Shown here: positions 23,405 through 36,242 of the stretch, piece after piece
Position numbering within the stretch: position 1 is the stretch's first letter
Layout of the letters: every line of letters begins with the position of its first letter
Source: Torpedo marmorata
Taxonomy: Eukaryota
Assembly: GCA_977017645.1 (NCBI GenBank)
Contig: OZ360235.1
Location: forward strand, 19,034,001 to 19,098,000
Length of the DNA: 64,000 bases
Reading direction: 5' to 3'
Made by a program: the position numbers and the translations under genes
Notes under the pieces: generated by a model
What the model saw: the letters and a program-made list of their open reading frames with translations, nothing else
Told to the model about the DNA's origin: nothing
Database searches by the model: none

Positions 23405-26400
23405 GTCAGTGTTGATGCAAGATCTTTCACCTGAGATATTAACTGTTTCTCTTTCTGCAAATTCTGATTTATTGCCCAGAATATTTACTTTACCAGAAAG
23501 AGTGTGCTATAATTGCACAGAGGAGATGGGTTTATTGTTTCAGCCTCAAGAGGCCAGGCATTGCATATTCTGTGGCCTCTCAATTGGTGTTGCAGTATAA
23601 CTTGGAGAGCCCACAATGAGTGCACCTCGCACAAGGCGGTCGAAGTTCCTCTGCAATGCTGCAAAGAAGCATTGCTAATCCTGATGCAGAAATCACATCA
23701 GAGTTGCAAAGGTGACTTGTGGCAGGAACTGCCCAGTTAAATTTTCAGTTTGGTGCAAGAGGACATGGAAATAGAAATGGTTGTTACCATTTTCAGTTAT
23801 TTAAAGCAAATTATTTTAAAATTTCATTACTCTGGAGGAAAATAAGAGTTACTACAGTTGTATTCCCAATCAAACACTTCAGGGCATTTAAACAAATTAG
23901 TTTGCAAATACCTGCGATTCTCATGAAATTCTCACCAGATCATTGATTTTTCATAATTGTGGATCAGGGAATCATTGCCAGTCAATTCTGTATTCCATGT
24001 TTAACACTGCGTGTGAATTTATTATGGATAAATAAACACTGCTCTCAGTTTTGTAGTGTAATTATAACAAGCTGACAATTTCAGCACCAATACAACTGCA
24101 AGGCATGGGAAGGATAGTCCATTTTTTCAACAGCAGTATCTCTCTGGTTAAAATGAGCATACATGACGAATAAAAATGAAAGAAGTCTGCACAATAAGCA
24201 ATATATTTGATTTTTTCACAACATTCTTGTACTCTAGTTCTCTATGTACAATAGTTTAAATGCATGTAAAACCTGTTGATTTTAAACAACAATTAAGGCT
24301 CTCTGGTTGCCTTGCATATGATCTGATTTCAAGCAAACAAATAGAATACTAATGTGTGACACGAAATTGTACCTATAAATAATAGAGCAATGCAAAGAAA
24401 ATCATCAAGTTAGTGAAATTCGTTAAATTAAAAGAACCCATCAGCCTTTCTCCAAAAATAAATAAATTAGTTGAATTGAATCTGAGGCATTAGACAGAAT
24501 AAAGTTTCAACTATTTACTCTAAGTTATGAGCTGACTATTGGCAAAAGGTCCATTTAGCTTTCTACACATTCTATTATTTTGATAAAGGGAATGGAATCC
24601 CCATACAAGGCTTTATTCTCACTATATTAATGAGTTAAATGAATAAGTTAGTTATATAAGACATTTGTTCCCTCAGAGAAAGAAAAAACATATTCAGAGT
24701 TTGGGCAGAGACCATGTTTTCCTCAAATGAATTCAGTTGGAGATCTGACATATAAACTGTCATGGCAAAGTTTTCTGCAAATTAAACGATGAATTAAAAT
24801 AGCTGAAGGTGGCCTCTTTATTAGAGTGGAGTGGGGAATACGTGAACAAATGTGGTGATAAACCAGAAAGACATAAAATTTAATTAATTAACATTAAGTG
24901 ATCAATATGTAAGTTGAAAAAAGTAATATACTAATGGGTTCAGGCAAATTAACAAAATAAATTGCTATCGTATTCTCAAATGAGAGAGGTGAAATTTAAG
25001 CAGTGATGAACAAGAGGAAAATGAAAGATAAATTAATTTGCACTAAAGTCATTGCATTTTGAATATGTCCTGAAAAGAGACATTACTTTTATTTACATTG
25101 TTTGAACTTGTGTTATTGAGCATGGATATGGTTTGATTAAATTGGGAATGCACTTTAAATCAAAGGAGTATTTTTTTTTATTAATTAGACAAATTAACAG
25201 GAAATTAATATTTCTAAAGACTGAAAACCTTTTGTGAAATAAATTTACAGCATAAGAACATAAGAAAGTAGGAACAGGAGTAGGCCAACCGGCCCATCGA
25301 GCCTGCTCCGCCATTCAATAAGATCATGGCTGATCTGATCAATGACCTAACTCCACCTACCTGCCCTTTCCCCATATACCCTAATTCCTTTTTTATGTAA
25401 AAATATATCCAACTGAACCTTAAATATGTTCAATGAAGCAGCCTCAACCGCTTCCCTGGGTAAAGAATTCCACAAATTCACCACTCTTTGGGAAAAACTG
25501 TTTTTCCTCATCTTTGTCCTAAATCTACTCCCCCGAATCTTGAGGCTGTGTCCCCTAGGTTTGGTCTCACCCGCCAGCGAAAAAACCTTCCTACCTCTAT
25601 CCTATCCATCCCCTTCATAATTCTATATGTTTCTATAAGATCTCCTCTCATTCTTCTGAACTCAAGCGAATATAATCCCAGACGATTTAATATTTCATCA
25701 TAATTCAACCCCTTCATCTCAGGGATCAACCTAGTAAACCTCCTCTGGACTGCCTCCAAGGCCAGTATATCCCTCCTCAAATATGGTGACCAGAACTGCA
25801 CACAGTACTCCAGGTGCGGTCTCACCAGTACCTTGTACAGTTGCAACATTACCTCCTTGCTCCTGAATTCAATTCCTCTAGCGATGAAGGCCAACATTCC
25901 ATTTGCCTTCTTAATGACCTGCTGCACCTGCAACCCAACTTTTTGCGATTCGTGCACAATCACTCCCAAGTCCTTCTGCACAACAGCATGCTGCAGTTTT
26001 TCACCATTTAAATAATACTCTGCTCTTTTATTTTTCTTACCAAAGTGGATAACCTTGCACTTACTAACATTGTACTCCATCTGCCAGACCTTTGCCCACT
26101 CACCTAACTTAACTATATCCCTCTGCAGCCTCTCCACATCCTCAGTACAATTTGCTCTTTCACTCAATTGTAGTATCATCCGCAAACTTGGCTACACCAC
26201 ATTTTGTCCCCTCCTCCAAATTATCAATGTAAATGATGAACAGTTGTGGGCCCAGCACCGATCCACTGTCTGCCAATCAGAAAAACACCCATTTATCCCG
26301 ACTCTCTGCCTCCTGTCAGACAACCAATCCTCAATCCATGCCAATATACTTCCCTGGACTTCATTCACCTGTAACTTACTGATAAGTTTCTTGTGCGGCA

Positions 26401-26725
26401 CCTTATCAAACGCTTTCTGGAAATCCAAATATACAACATCAACCTGTTCCCCTCTATCTACCGCACCCATTATGCCTGATTGAACCCCCTCATTCTAAAT
26501 GTCTCACTATTTCATCCTTAATGATAGCTTCAAGCATTTTCCCAACTACAGACGTTAAGCTAATTGGCCGATAGTTCCCAGTCTTCTGCCTACATCCCTT
26601 CTTAAAATGTGGCGTGACATTTGCTGTCTTTCAATCTGCCGGGACCTGCCCAGAATCCAGAGAATTTTGGTATATGACCACCAATGCATCGATAATAACT
26701 TCTGCCATTTCCCTCAGAACCCTGG

Positions 26726-28375
26726 GATGCTTCACTACCCGATGAGCTGAACACCTTCTACGCCCGCTTTGAGAAGAAGAACAAAACAGTGCCTAATAGA
26801 ATCCCTGAAAAGGCTGAGGACCCTGTGATATCTGTCTCTGAGGGCGACGTCAGAACATCATTCAAGAGGGTGAACCCTCGCAAGGCGTCAGGCCCTGACG
26901 GTGTACCTGGCAGGGTATTGAAAATCTGCGCCAACCAACTAGCCGGAGTGTTCACGGACATTTTCATCCTCTCATTGCGGCAGTCAGAGGTTCCCACCTG
27001 CTTCAAAAGGGCATCAATCATCCCGGTACCCAAGAAGAGCAGTGTGAGCTGCCTCAACGACTACCGCCCAGTAGCACTAACTTCTACTGTGATGAAATGC
27101 TTTGAGAGGCTGGTCATGGCCAGAATTAACACATACCTAAGCAAAGATCTGGACCCACTGCAATTCGCCTATCGCCACAATCGCTCCACAGCAGATGCAA
27201 TATCGCTGGTTCTCCACTCAGCTCTGGATCACCTCGAAAACAGCAATTCATACATACGGTTACTCTTCATCGACTACAGCTCGGCATTCAATACCATTAT
27301 TCCCTCAGTGCTGGTCAAGAAACTACAAACTCTAGGCCTCTGTACCCCCCTCTGCAACTGGATCCTTGACTTTCTCATTGGAAGACCACAGTCAGTACGA
27401 ATTGGAAACAACGTCTCCTCCTCACTGATTATCAACACAGGCGCACCCCAAGGATGCGTGCTTAGACCACTGCTCTACTCGTTATACACTCATGACTGTG
27501 TGGCCAGGCACAATTCCAATGCCATATACAAGTTTGCCGATGACACCACAGTTGTCGGCAGAATCACAAACGGCAATGAGGAAGCGTACAGGAGGGAGAT
27601 AGATCAGCTCGTTGAATGGTGTAATGACAACAACCTTGAGCTCAACGTCAGCAAAACCAAGGAGATGATTGTGGACTTCCGGAGGAAGTCAGGGGAACAC
27701 GACCCAGTCCTCATCGAGGGCTCAGTAGTGGAGAGGGTCAAGAACTTCAAATTCCTTGGTCTCAACATCTCCGAGGATCTGTCCTGGAGCATCCATGTGA
27801 ATGCAATCACAAAGAAGGCTCGTCAGCGGCTATACTTTGTGAGGTGTTTGCGGAGATTCGGAATGTCACCAAAGACTCTCGTAAACTTCTACAGGTGTAC
27901 CGTGGAGAGCATTCTGGCTGGTTGCATCACTGCCTGGTATGGCAGCGCCAACTCCCAGGACAAGAGTAAACTCCAGAAGGTTGTTAACTCGGCCTGTGAC
28001 ATCACAGGCACCAAACTTCACTCCATCGAGGACATCTACATGAGGCGGTGTCTTAAAAAAGCAGCCTCTATCCTCAAGGACCCCCACCACCCAGGCCATG
28101 CCCTCTTCACTCTGCTTCCATCGGGGAAAAGGTACAGGAGCCTAAAGACGAGCACTCAACGGCACAAGGACAGCTTCTTCCCCGCTGCCATCAGATTCCT
28201 GAATAATCAATGGACCAAAAACACTGCCTTACTTTTCGTGCACTATTGTTTATAATTTTTTATAGTAATGTCGTTAGATGGTTAATAGGAATGTTAATTG
28301 CACTATGATGCTGCCGCAAAACACCGAATTTCATGACTTGTTCATGACAATAAATTCTGATTCTGATTCTGATTC
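26726..28375 (+). mobile_element. Rex1/Babar LINE (family A), young, 5'-truncated
   Basis: Uninterrupted RT frame. Tail GACAATAAA(TTCTGA)n. Splits the CR1 at GGATGC/TGCATTTC. Confidence 0.92.
26789..28255 (+). CDS. Non-LTR reverse transcriptase (Rex1/Babar ORF, RT plus C-terminal domain; endonuclease missing)
   Basis: 488 aa with [38 protein letters not shown] and DPHHPGH motifs. The frame is open from 26726. Confidence 0.85.
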   Translation: MPNRIPEKAEDPVISVSEGDVRTSFKRVNPRKASGPDGVPGRVLKICANQLAGVFTDIFILSLRQSEVPTCFKRASIIPVPKKSSVSCLNDYRPVALTSTVMKCFERLVMARINTYLSKDLDPLQFAYRHNRSTADAISLVLHSALDHLENSNSYIRLLFIDYSSAFNTIIPSVLVKKLQTLGLCTPLCNWILDFLIGRPQSVRIGNNVSSSLIINTGAPQGCVLRPLLYSLYTHDCVARHNSNAIYKFADDTTVVGRITNGNEEAYRREIDQLVEWCNDNNLELNVSKTKEMIVDFRRKSGEHDPVLIEGSVVERVKNFKFLGLNISEDLSWSIHVNAITKKARQRLYFVRCLRRFGMSPKTLVNFYRCTVESILAGCITAWYGSANSQDKSKLQKVVNSACDITGTKLHSIEDIYMRRCLKKAASILKDPHHPGHALFTLLPSGKRYRSLKTSTQRHKDSFFPAAIRFLNNQWTKNTALLFVHYCL

Positions 28376-28650
28376 TGCATTTCATCAGGACCAGGGGATT
28401 TGTCCGGCTTTAGTCCCATTAGTTTGTTCATCACTACCTCCTTTGTAATAACTATTTTATCAAGGCCTTCACCAACATTCACATCCCTATCTCCACTCTT
28501 TGGCATGCTGGACGTGTCTTTCACCGTGAAGACTGACACAAAATATTTGTTCAAGGCCTCGGCCATTTCCTCATTATTCAATATCAATTTCCCCTTCTCA
28601 TCTTCCAAGGGTCCTATGTTAACTCTAGCCACCCTCTTCCATTTTATATA

Positions 28651-29542
28651 CCGTATATTTCGGCGTATAAGTCGACCCTTGAAACCCTCAAAAATGTCTC
28701 AAAAAACGGGGGTCGACTTATACGCCGGATATACTTTTGAGACCTTAAATTCAGCTCAAAATCGAGTTCACGCCGATCCGGCGTATAAGTCGACCCCTGA
28801 AAACACGGTTCCGCGTATAGGTCGACCCTGGAAGCGCCTCCCCACTGCCGGCGCCGCCGCTCCCCGACACCTCCCCACCGCCGGGCGCCGCCATAAACCT
28901 CCCAGACATTCTACAATTGTAGAGCCCGAGCTCCCCGCTCCTGCCCGGGAGATCGAGCTCCCCGCTCCTGCCCGGGAGAACGAGCTCCCCGCTCCTGCCT
29001 GGGAGAACGAGTTCCCCGCTACTGCCTGGGAGAACGAGCTCCCCGCTACTGCTCGGGAGATCGAGCTCCCCGCTCCTGCCCGGGAGATCGAGCTCCCCGC
29101 TCCTGCCTGGGAGAACGAGCTCCCCGCTCCTGCCCGGGAGATCGAGCTCCCCGCTCCTGCCTGGGAGAACGAGCTCCCCGCTACTGCTCGGGAGATCGAG
29201 CTCCCCGCTCCTGCCTGGGAGAACGAGCTCCCCGTTCCTGCCTGGGAGAACGAGCTCCCCGCTACTGCTCGGGAGAATGAGTCCCCGCTCCTGCTCGGGA
29301 GAAAGACGTCGCCGCACCTGCATCTTCCCGGCCAGAAGCAAAGGTTTATTTTACTATTTTTTTTACTTACCGGTACTTGCTTAATTTACAGTCGACTTAT
29401 ACGCCGGTCAATGCGCAACATCTCAGGCATCGAGATTTTTGGGGTCGACTTATACGCCGGATATACCATAAAACCATTAAAATGAGGCTGAAAAAGGGGG
29501 GTCGACTTATACGCCGGTCGACTTATACGCCGAAATATACGG
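28651..29542. mobile_element. TcMar (Tc2/Kanga-like) non-autonomous DNA transposon
   Basis: 27-bp TIR CCGTATATTTCGGCGTATAAGTCGACC, TA TSD and internal GTCGACTTATACGCCGG repeats. Confidence 0.85.
28927..29303. repeat. 27-bp minisatellite, about 14 units
   Basis: Unit CGAGCTCCCCGCT(C/A)CTGC(C/T)(C/T)GGGAGA(A/T). Confidence 0.95.
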
Positions 29543-30164
29543 TATTTATAAAAATTTTTGCTATCTGTTTTTATATTTTGTGCCAATTTACCTTCATAAT
29601 CCTTTCTCCCCTTTCGTATTACCCGCTTTGTTGTCTTTTAAAGTTTTCCCAATCTTCCAGTTTCCCACTACTCTTTGCAACTTTGTACACCTGAGCTTTT
29701 AATTTTATGCTCTCCTTTATTTCCTTAGTTGACCATGGCTGACTCATCCCTCTCTTGCTGCCCTTATTCTTAACTGGAATATATTTTTGTTGAGCATTGT
29801 GAAAAATCTCCTTGAAAATCTTCCACTGTTCCTCAACTGTTCTACCAACTAGCATGTGCTCCCAGTCCACGCTGACCAATTCCTCCCTCATCCTGTGGTA
29901 GTCTCCCCTGTTTAAGCATAATACATTAGTTTTAGATCTAACTATTTCCCCCTCCATCACATTCATATTGGCTAATATTGTACCGAGACAATTCTAATAT
30001 CTATGACATCCTTGATGATTTCCTTGACATTATCCAGCAGTATTGATCAGATCAAACTAATGTCAAGAACTCCTTTATTGAATCCAGCCATTCTCAAACA
30101 AAATAATAGTGGTCAGGTGCAATGAGGCTGAATAGCTTATTTCTGCTCCTACGTCTTATGGTCT

Positions 30165-30771
30165 ATAAGAGCAGGATGTGATGTTGAGGCTTTATAAGGC
30201 ACTGGTGAGACCTCACTTGGAGTATTGAGAGCAGTTTTGTGCTCCTCATTTAAGAAAGGATGCGCTGACGTTGGAGAGTGTTCAGAGGAGGCTCACAAGG
30301 ATGATTCCGGTAATTAAAGGATTATCATATGAGGAGCATTTGACAGCTCCTGGCCTGTACTCGTTGGAATTCAGGAGAATGAGAGGGGATCTCATTGAAG
30401 CATTTCAAATGTTGAAAGGCATGGACAGAGTAGATGTAGAAAGTTGTTTCCCATGAAGGGAGTGTCTAGGACACGAGGGCACAACTTCAGGATTGAAGGG
30501 CGTCCACTTAGAATAGAGATGTGGAGGGATTTCTTCAGCCAGAGGGTGGTAAATCTGTGGAATTTGTTGCCACAGGTACTTGTGGAGGCCAAGTCATTGG
30601 GTGTATTTAAAGCAGAGATTGATAGGTTCTTGATTAGCTAGGGCATCAAAGGTTTTGGGGAGAAGGCTCGGCAGTGGGGCTGAGTGGGAAAATGGATCAG
30701 TTCATGATTAAATGGTGGGGCAGACTCGATGGGCTGAATGGCCTATTTCTGCGCGTATATCTTCTGTTCTT
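30165..30771 (+). mobile_element. CR1 LINE 3' fragment
   Basis: VQRRLTRMIP, LEFRRMRGDLIE and FFSQRVVNLWN motifs. Confidence 0.88.
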
Positions 30772-31047
30772 ATCAAGCCCATATCATGTATTGCACAAAG
30801 TTCTCCAAGGTCTTGTCTATTCCGCTAAAGATGGACATTTATCAGTAGAAAAATTAGTACCAAACATTCCCTCTGAAACTGAATATTTACAAATCTAATT
30901 TCTTCAGATTTTAAGTATTGCTGGAGATTTTAATAAAATATTATTTTTAAACAATCTATTTCTGTCTTTATTTTAACCTTCCTTAATCCTCTTATTTCTT
31001 TCCTCTTTATATTTTCTTTTGCATATAATATAATATGCCATAGAATT

Positions 31048-32015
31048 AATAGACAATAGACAATAGGTGCAGGAGTAGGCCATTCGGCCCTTCGAGCCAG
31101 CACCGCCATTCACTGTGATCATGGCTGATCATCCACTATCAGTACCCTGTTCCTGCCTTCTCCCCATATCCCTTGACTCCGCTATCTTTAAGAGCTCTAT
31201 CTAACTCTTTCTTGAAAGCATCCAGAGAATTGGCCTCCACTGCCTTCTGAGGCAGAGCATTCCACAGATCCACAACTCTCTGGGTGAAAAAGTTTTTTCT
31301 CAGCTCCGTTCTAAATGGCCTACCCCTTATTCTTAAACTGTGGCCTCTGGTTCTCGACTCCCCCAACATCGGGAACATGTTTCCTGCCTCTAGCGTGTCC
31401 AATCCCTTAATAATCTTATATGTTTCAATCAGATCCCCTCTCATCCTTCTAAATTCCAGTGTATACAAGCCCAGTCGCTCCAATCTTTTAACATATGACA
31501 GTCCCACCATCCTGGGAATTAACCTCGTGAACCTACGCTGCACTCCCTCAATAGCAAGAATGTCCTTCCTCAAACCTGGAGACCAAAACTGCACACAATA
31601 CTCAAGGTGTGGTCTCACCAGGGCCCTGTACAACTGCAGAAGGACCTTTTTGCTCCTATACTCAACTCCCCTTGTTGTGAAGGCCAACATGCCATTAGCT
31701 TTCTTCACTGCCTGCTGTACCTGCATGCTTACTTTCAGTGACTGATGAACAAGGACACCTAGATCTCGTTGTACTTCCCCTTTTCCTAACTTGACACCAT
31801 TCAGATAGTAATCCGCCTCCCTGTTCTTGCCACCAAAGTGGATAACCTCACATTAATCCACATTAAACTGCATCTGCCATGCATCTGCCCACTCACCCAA
31901 CCTGTCCAAGTCACCCTGCATTCTCATAACATCCTCCTCACATTTCACACTGCCACCCAGCTTTGTGTCATCTGCAAATTTGCTAATGTTACTTTTAATC
32001 CCTTCAGCTAAATCA
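31048..32015 (-). mobile_element. CR1 LINE 3' fragment (young; 195-aa open C-terminus)
   Basis: ORF 31139-31726 with LVRPHLEYCVQFWSP. Tail (CTATTGT)n. Confidence 0.92.
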
Positions 32016-32778
32016 CTTTACCCTTTCACATGCCTTTTGTATCATTAGACAGTTCAAATGGTAAATGCATGCTAACTGTTCGTTCTCTGAAAGTTAAGTT
32101 TGCAGATATAAAATGCTCAAATTGACATTTACTGGTACACATCATGGCTCTGGGCACAATGGTGTGAGTAAGAAGACAAGAGGGGAAGAGATTTAAGAGA
32201 CTTAGGAAGGCTTAAGCTATTAATAGTGAAGAAAACGTCTAACCTGGGAACAGTTTACCAAGCTCGGAATCTCTTCAATGATGCTCCTTTATAACAACAG
32301 TTTAAAAGCATTTCTCTATGAAGATTAGAAAGTTTAAGCTCTCTACAAAAAGTGACAATATCGAAAAGATAAATGCTAACATGCAATTTAACATGCCAAG
32401 TAGTATTAAGCTACCTATTCTCAATCATTTTCAGTTTGCAAAGCAATATTTTTTGGTGGCAATGAATTGTAAAAACATTGCATATTTTATTCATGATGAT
32501 TCTTGTGCATTAAGTTCCATAATTGGTTCTTCAAATTTATTTGTTGATTCTAACACAAAAAATCATGTTATATGCAAATTGTTCATTCTTCAAGATCATA
32601 CAATGCAAACTTGGATAAGGATAACATACTGGTATTTATTTGCTATGTAAAATTAAAGGTCACAATTTCATTACATTTCACAATCCCCCACTGCTTCCTG
32701 CTTCTCATTCACCATTTCACTTTGAAAGGAAGAAAAATGTGTCCCATTTTACTGCACTTGGCCCGTATCCCTCTAAAC

Positions 32779-32910
32779 CAGTGGTTTTCAAACTTTTTCT
32801 TTCCACTCACATACCACCTTAAGTAATCCCTTACTAATCACAGAGCACCTATGGAATAGAGATTACTTAAAGTGGTATGTGAGTGGAAATAAAAAGTTTG
32901 AAAACCACTG
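32779..32910. mobile_element. Palindromic hAT MITE (132 bp)
   Basis: TIR CAGTGGTTTTCAAAC. The whole element is a near-perfect hairpin. TSD CTCTAAAC/CTCTAAAT. Confidence 0.88.
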
Positions 32911-33290
32911 CTCTAAATCTTCCTATCAATGTACCTGTCCAAATGTCTTTTGAGTGTTGAAATTATACCCACTTCTACCGCTTCCTCGGGCCACTCATCC
33001 ATATAACCACACACTCTCTGTGTGAAAACATGTCTCATTTAAAATTTTTCCACTCTCACCTTAAGCCTACGCCCTCTCGTTTTAGACTCCCCTACCCTGG
33101 GGGAGAGTCTGTGGCTATTCTCCTTCTCTTTTCCCCTGATGATTTTATATACTTTAATGAACTTACCTCTCAGAAACTTCTGCTCCAGGGGAAAAAGTCC
33201 AAGCCTATCCAACTTCTTCCTATAACTCAAGCAGTCCAGTCCCGGTAAAATCCTCATGACTTCTTTTTGCACCCTTTCTAATTTAATGAC
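32911..33290 (-). mobile_element. CR1 LINE 3' fragment
   Basis: LSYRKKLDRLGLFPLE..GESKTRG translation. Confidence 0.75.
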
Positions 33291-33480
33291 ATTGGAACCT
33301 TTGGAGACTGGGTGTATTTTCCTTTAGGTGAAGGAAGCTGAGGGGAGACCTGATAGTGTTATACAAAATTATGAGGAGGATAGATGGTAAGAAGCTTTTT
33401 TCCCCATGGTGGTGGTGTTAAAGACAAGAGTTCATAAGTTTAAGACGAGAGGTAGGTTTAGAGCGGATCTAAGGAGGAAT

Positions 33481-33972
33481 TTCAGATTTCAGATTTATTG
33501 TCAGAGTACATACATGACATCACATACAACCCTGAGATTCTTTTTCCTGCGGGTGAGGCAGAATTACCACATTGACAGTGCAACAAAAACGGACTCAATG
33601 TACACATGTAAATAAATAAAGAAATATAAACAAACTGACTGTGCAATACAGAGATAGAGAAAAAAAATCAATAAAGTGCAAAAGTAAGGGTCCTAAAATA
33701 AATCCCTCATTGAGTTTGTTGTTGAGGAGTCTGATGGTGGAGGGGTAGCAGCTGTTCCTGAACCTGGTGGTGCGAGTCTTGTGGCACCTATACCTCTTTC
33801 CTGATGGTAGCAGTGAGAACAGAGCGTGTGCTGGGTGGTGTGGATCCTTGATGAATGTCGCTGCTCTCCGACGGCAGCGTTCCCTGTAGATGTTCGCGAT
33901 GGGGGGGAGGGTTTTGCCTGTGATGCGCTGGGCTGTATCCATTACTTTTTGCAGGGCTTTCCACTCAGGGTA
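33481..33972 (-). mobile_element. Rex1/Babar LINE 3' fragment (family B), inserted in a plus-strand CR1 remnant
   Basis: [21 protein letters not shown] motif. Highly similar to 13960-14440. Confidence 0.88.
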
Positions 33973-34012
33973 TCATACAGAGTGGTTGATGTCCAGAATG
34001 TATGCTTTAGAG

Positions 34013-34388
34013 CAGTGGTTTTCAAACTGCCCCCCCTAAACTCACATTCCACCTTAAGCAATCCCTATGCCATAAGTGCTCTGTGATTAGTAAGGGATTG
34101 CTTAAGGTGGTATGTGAGTGGGAAGGGAAGGTTGAGAACCACTGTTCTAGACCCAATTGTTACTGAAATATTTTGCTTGAGAAAAATTGTCATTGGCCCA
34201 TTTCCTTTGGAGTTATGAAACCGTGCACATAACGAGTCAATTAGGTATGATTAAAACAGTGGTTTTCAAACCTTTTTCTTTCCACTCACATACCACCTTA
34301 AGCAATCCCTTACTAATCACAGAGCACTTATGGCATAGGGATTGCTTAAGGTGGAATGTGAGTTTAGGGGGCAGTTTGAAAACCACTG
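34013..34388. mobile_element. Compound hAT MITE: two palindromic units flanking a 112-bp spacer
   Basis: Units at 34013-34144 and 34257-34388. Degenerate TSD CTTTAGAG/ATTTAGAA. Confidence 0.82.
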
Positions 34389-34624
34389 ATTTAGAAGGTG
34401 GTGGAATCAGGTACTCACAACATTTAAGAAGCATCCAGACAACCACTTAAATTGCCAATGCAATGTAACAAATATGAATAAATGAGATTAGTATAGATTT
34501 GTACAATGGTCACGATGGGCTGAAGGGCCTACTTCTTTGTTGTATGGCTCTAGAGAATATTTAGTTGGTGGATGCACATTAGTTGAGTGGATTACTTTGC
34601 CCTGGATGGAATTGAACGTATTGA

Positions 34625-36242
34625 GCAACAATCTACTGGAGGAACTCAGCGGGTCGAGCAGCATCAGTGGGAGAAAAAGAATTGTCGACATTGTAGGCCT
34701 GAACCCTTCAATGATCATTCTTTTTTATCCCACTGATGCTGTTCGACTTGTTGAGCTTCTCCAGCTGTTTGTTTGTTGCTCCAAATTCCAGCAGCAGCAG
34801 TCTCTTGCGTATATTGAGCTTATTGAGAGTTGTTTGAGATGTGCTTATCCAAGCAAGTGGAGCATCTTCCAACATGCGGTAAATCAACAAAAATCTGTAG
34901 ACACCGTGGTTGAAGTAAAAACACAAAATGTTGGAGAAACTCAGCAGGTCAAACAGTAGCAAAGATAAAGATACATAACCAACGTTTCGGGCTTGAGCCC
35001 TTCATCAAGGTATGAAAGAATGTCGGCAGGCGTCTGAACAAATGGATGGGGGGGGGAAAGGGGGGGCAAAGGCAGGAGATGATGGGTGGAGAAGGGAGGG
35101 AGGGGACAGCAGCAATCAGGGTGAGGAGATATGGCTGGGTGGGTGGAGGGGGAAGGGAGGGGGGAGAACTGGAAAAACTGGAAAGGGAGAGGGGAAAAAA
35201 AAGGGCGAGCAGGTTAGCAGACCAGCTGAGTTTCTCCAGCATTTTGTGTTATTACTTCTTCCAACATGCACCCAATTTATGACATGGAAAGGAAAGTAAG
35301 GTCTTGGGGAATCAGGAGGTGAGACACACATCACAGGATTTTTAGCCTCTGACCTCTTCTTCTAATCGCAACAGTAATGGGATTGGTCCTTTTGACCTTC
35401 AGGTGACTCCCAGGAAGCTGATGGGGAAGGACTTGGTAATGGGAATGCCATTGAATGTGAAGATAGTTAGACTTTCTCTAGTTGAAGTAAAACACGAAAA
35501 TCTGTAGACACCGTGGTTGAAGTAAAAAACACAAATGCTGGAGAAACTCAGCAGGTCAAACAGTGTCTTTTATGTAGCAAAGGTAGAAATACATAACCGA
35601 CATTTCGGGCTTGAGCCCTTCATCAAAGTATGGGAAAATGCCAGCAGGCGTCCGAACAAAAGAGTGAGGGGGGGAAGGGGGGGGGGTGGCAAAGGCAGGA
35701 GATGATAGGTGGAGAAAGGAGGGAGGGGACAGCAGCAAAGAGGGGGAAGAGGGTTGGCTGGGTGGGTGGAAAAAAACAGGAAGGACAGGTGAGGGGGAAG
35801 GGGAAGGAAACGACAAGCAGGTTTAGTGGAAAGCAGAAAAGTCAATGTCAATGCCATCTGGCTGGAGAGTGCCCAGACGGAAAATGAGATGTTGTTGCTT
35901 CAATTTGCGGGTAGTCTGGGTGGGATAATACATAAGGCCATGGACAGACATGTGAGTGTGGGAGTGTGACCCGGAATTGAAATGATTGGCTACTGGGAGG
36001 TCGCTGTTGTTGCGGACAGAGAGGAGGTGTCGTAGATTGGGAGATCGCTTTGCTGACGTACATCCAGAGAACTTATTTACTGCATCCAGTGCTCCCTTTG
36101 TGGCTTTCTCTACATCGGAGAGACCGGTCGTAGATTGGGAGATCGCTTTGCTGAGCACCTCCTCTCCGTCCGCAACAACAGCGACCTCCCAGTAGCCAAC
36201 CATTTCAATTCTGGGTCACACACCCACACTCACATGTCTGTC
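34625..36242. mobile_element. Penelope-like element cluster (terminal repeats plus GIY-YIG C-terminal fragments in both orientations)
   Basis: Translations YIGETGRRLGDRFAEHL, PVANHFN and HLIFRLGTLQPDG. Tandem terminal repeats at about 34880-35250 and 35485-35830. Confidence 0.8.
34975..35013 (-). ncRNA. Minimal type I hammerhead-ribozyme-like motif in Penelope terminal repeat
   Basis: ATACC TTGATGA A GGGC TCAA GCCC GAAA C GTT GGTTAT: stem I, stem II and core boxes are present; C3 is non-canonical. Confidence 0.5.

Larger units (their letters stand above)
25251..29966 (-). mobile_element. CR1 LINE (5'-truncated, decayed ORF2), host to two nested insertions
   Basis: KSPGPD, DVVYLDFQKAFDKVPH and LVRPHLEYCVQFWSP motifs. 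Tail (TTCTTATG)n at 25251. Confidence 0.92.

Noticed and set aside
28927-29303. CRISPR-like array
   Set aside because: Head-to-tail repeats without unique spacers, in a vertebrate context with no cas genes.
28400-29485. 361-aa ORF with ELPAPAREI repeats as a novel protein
   Set aside because: It runs through antisense CR1 and a MITE minisatellite. It is open only because the 27-bp unit has no stops.
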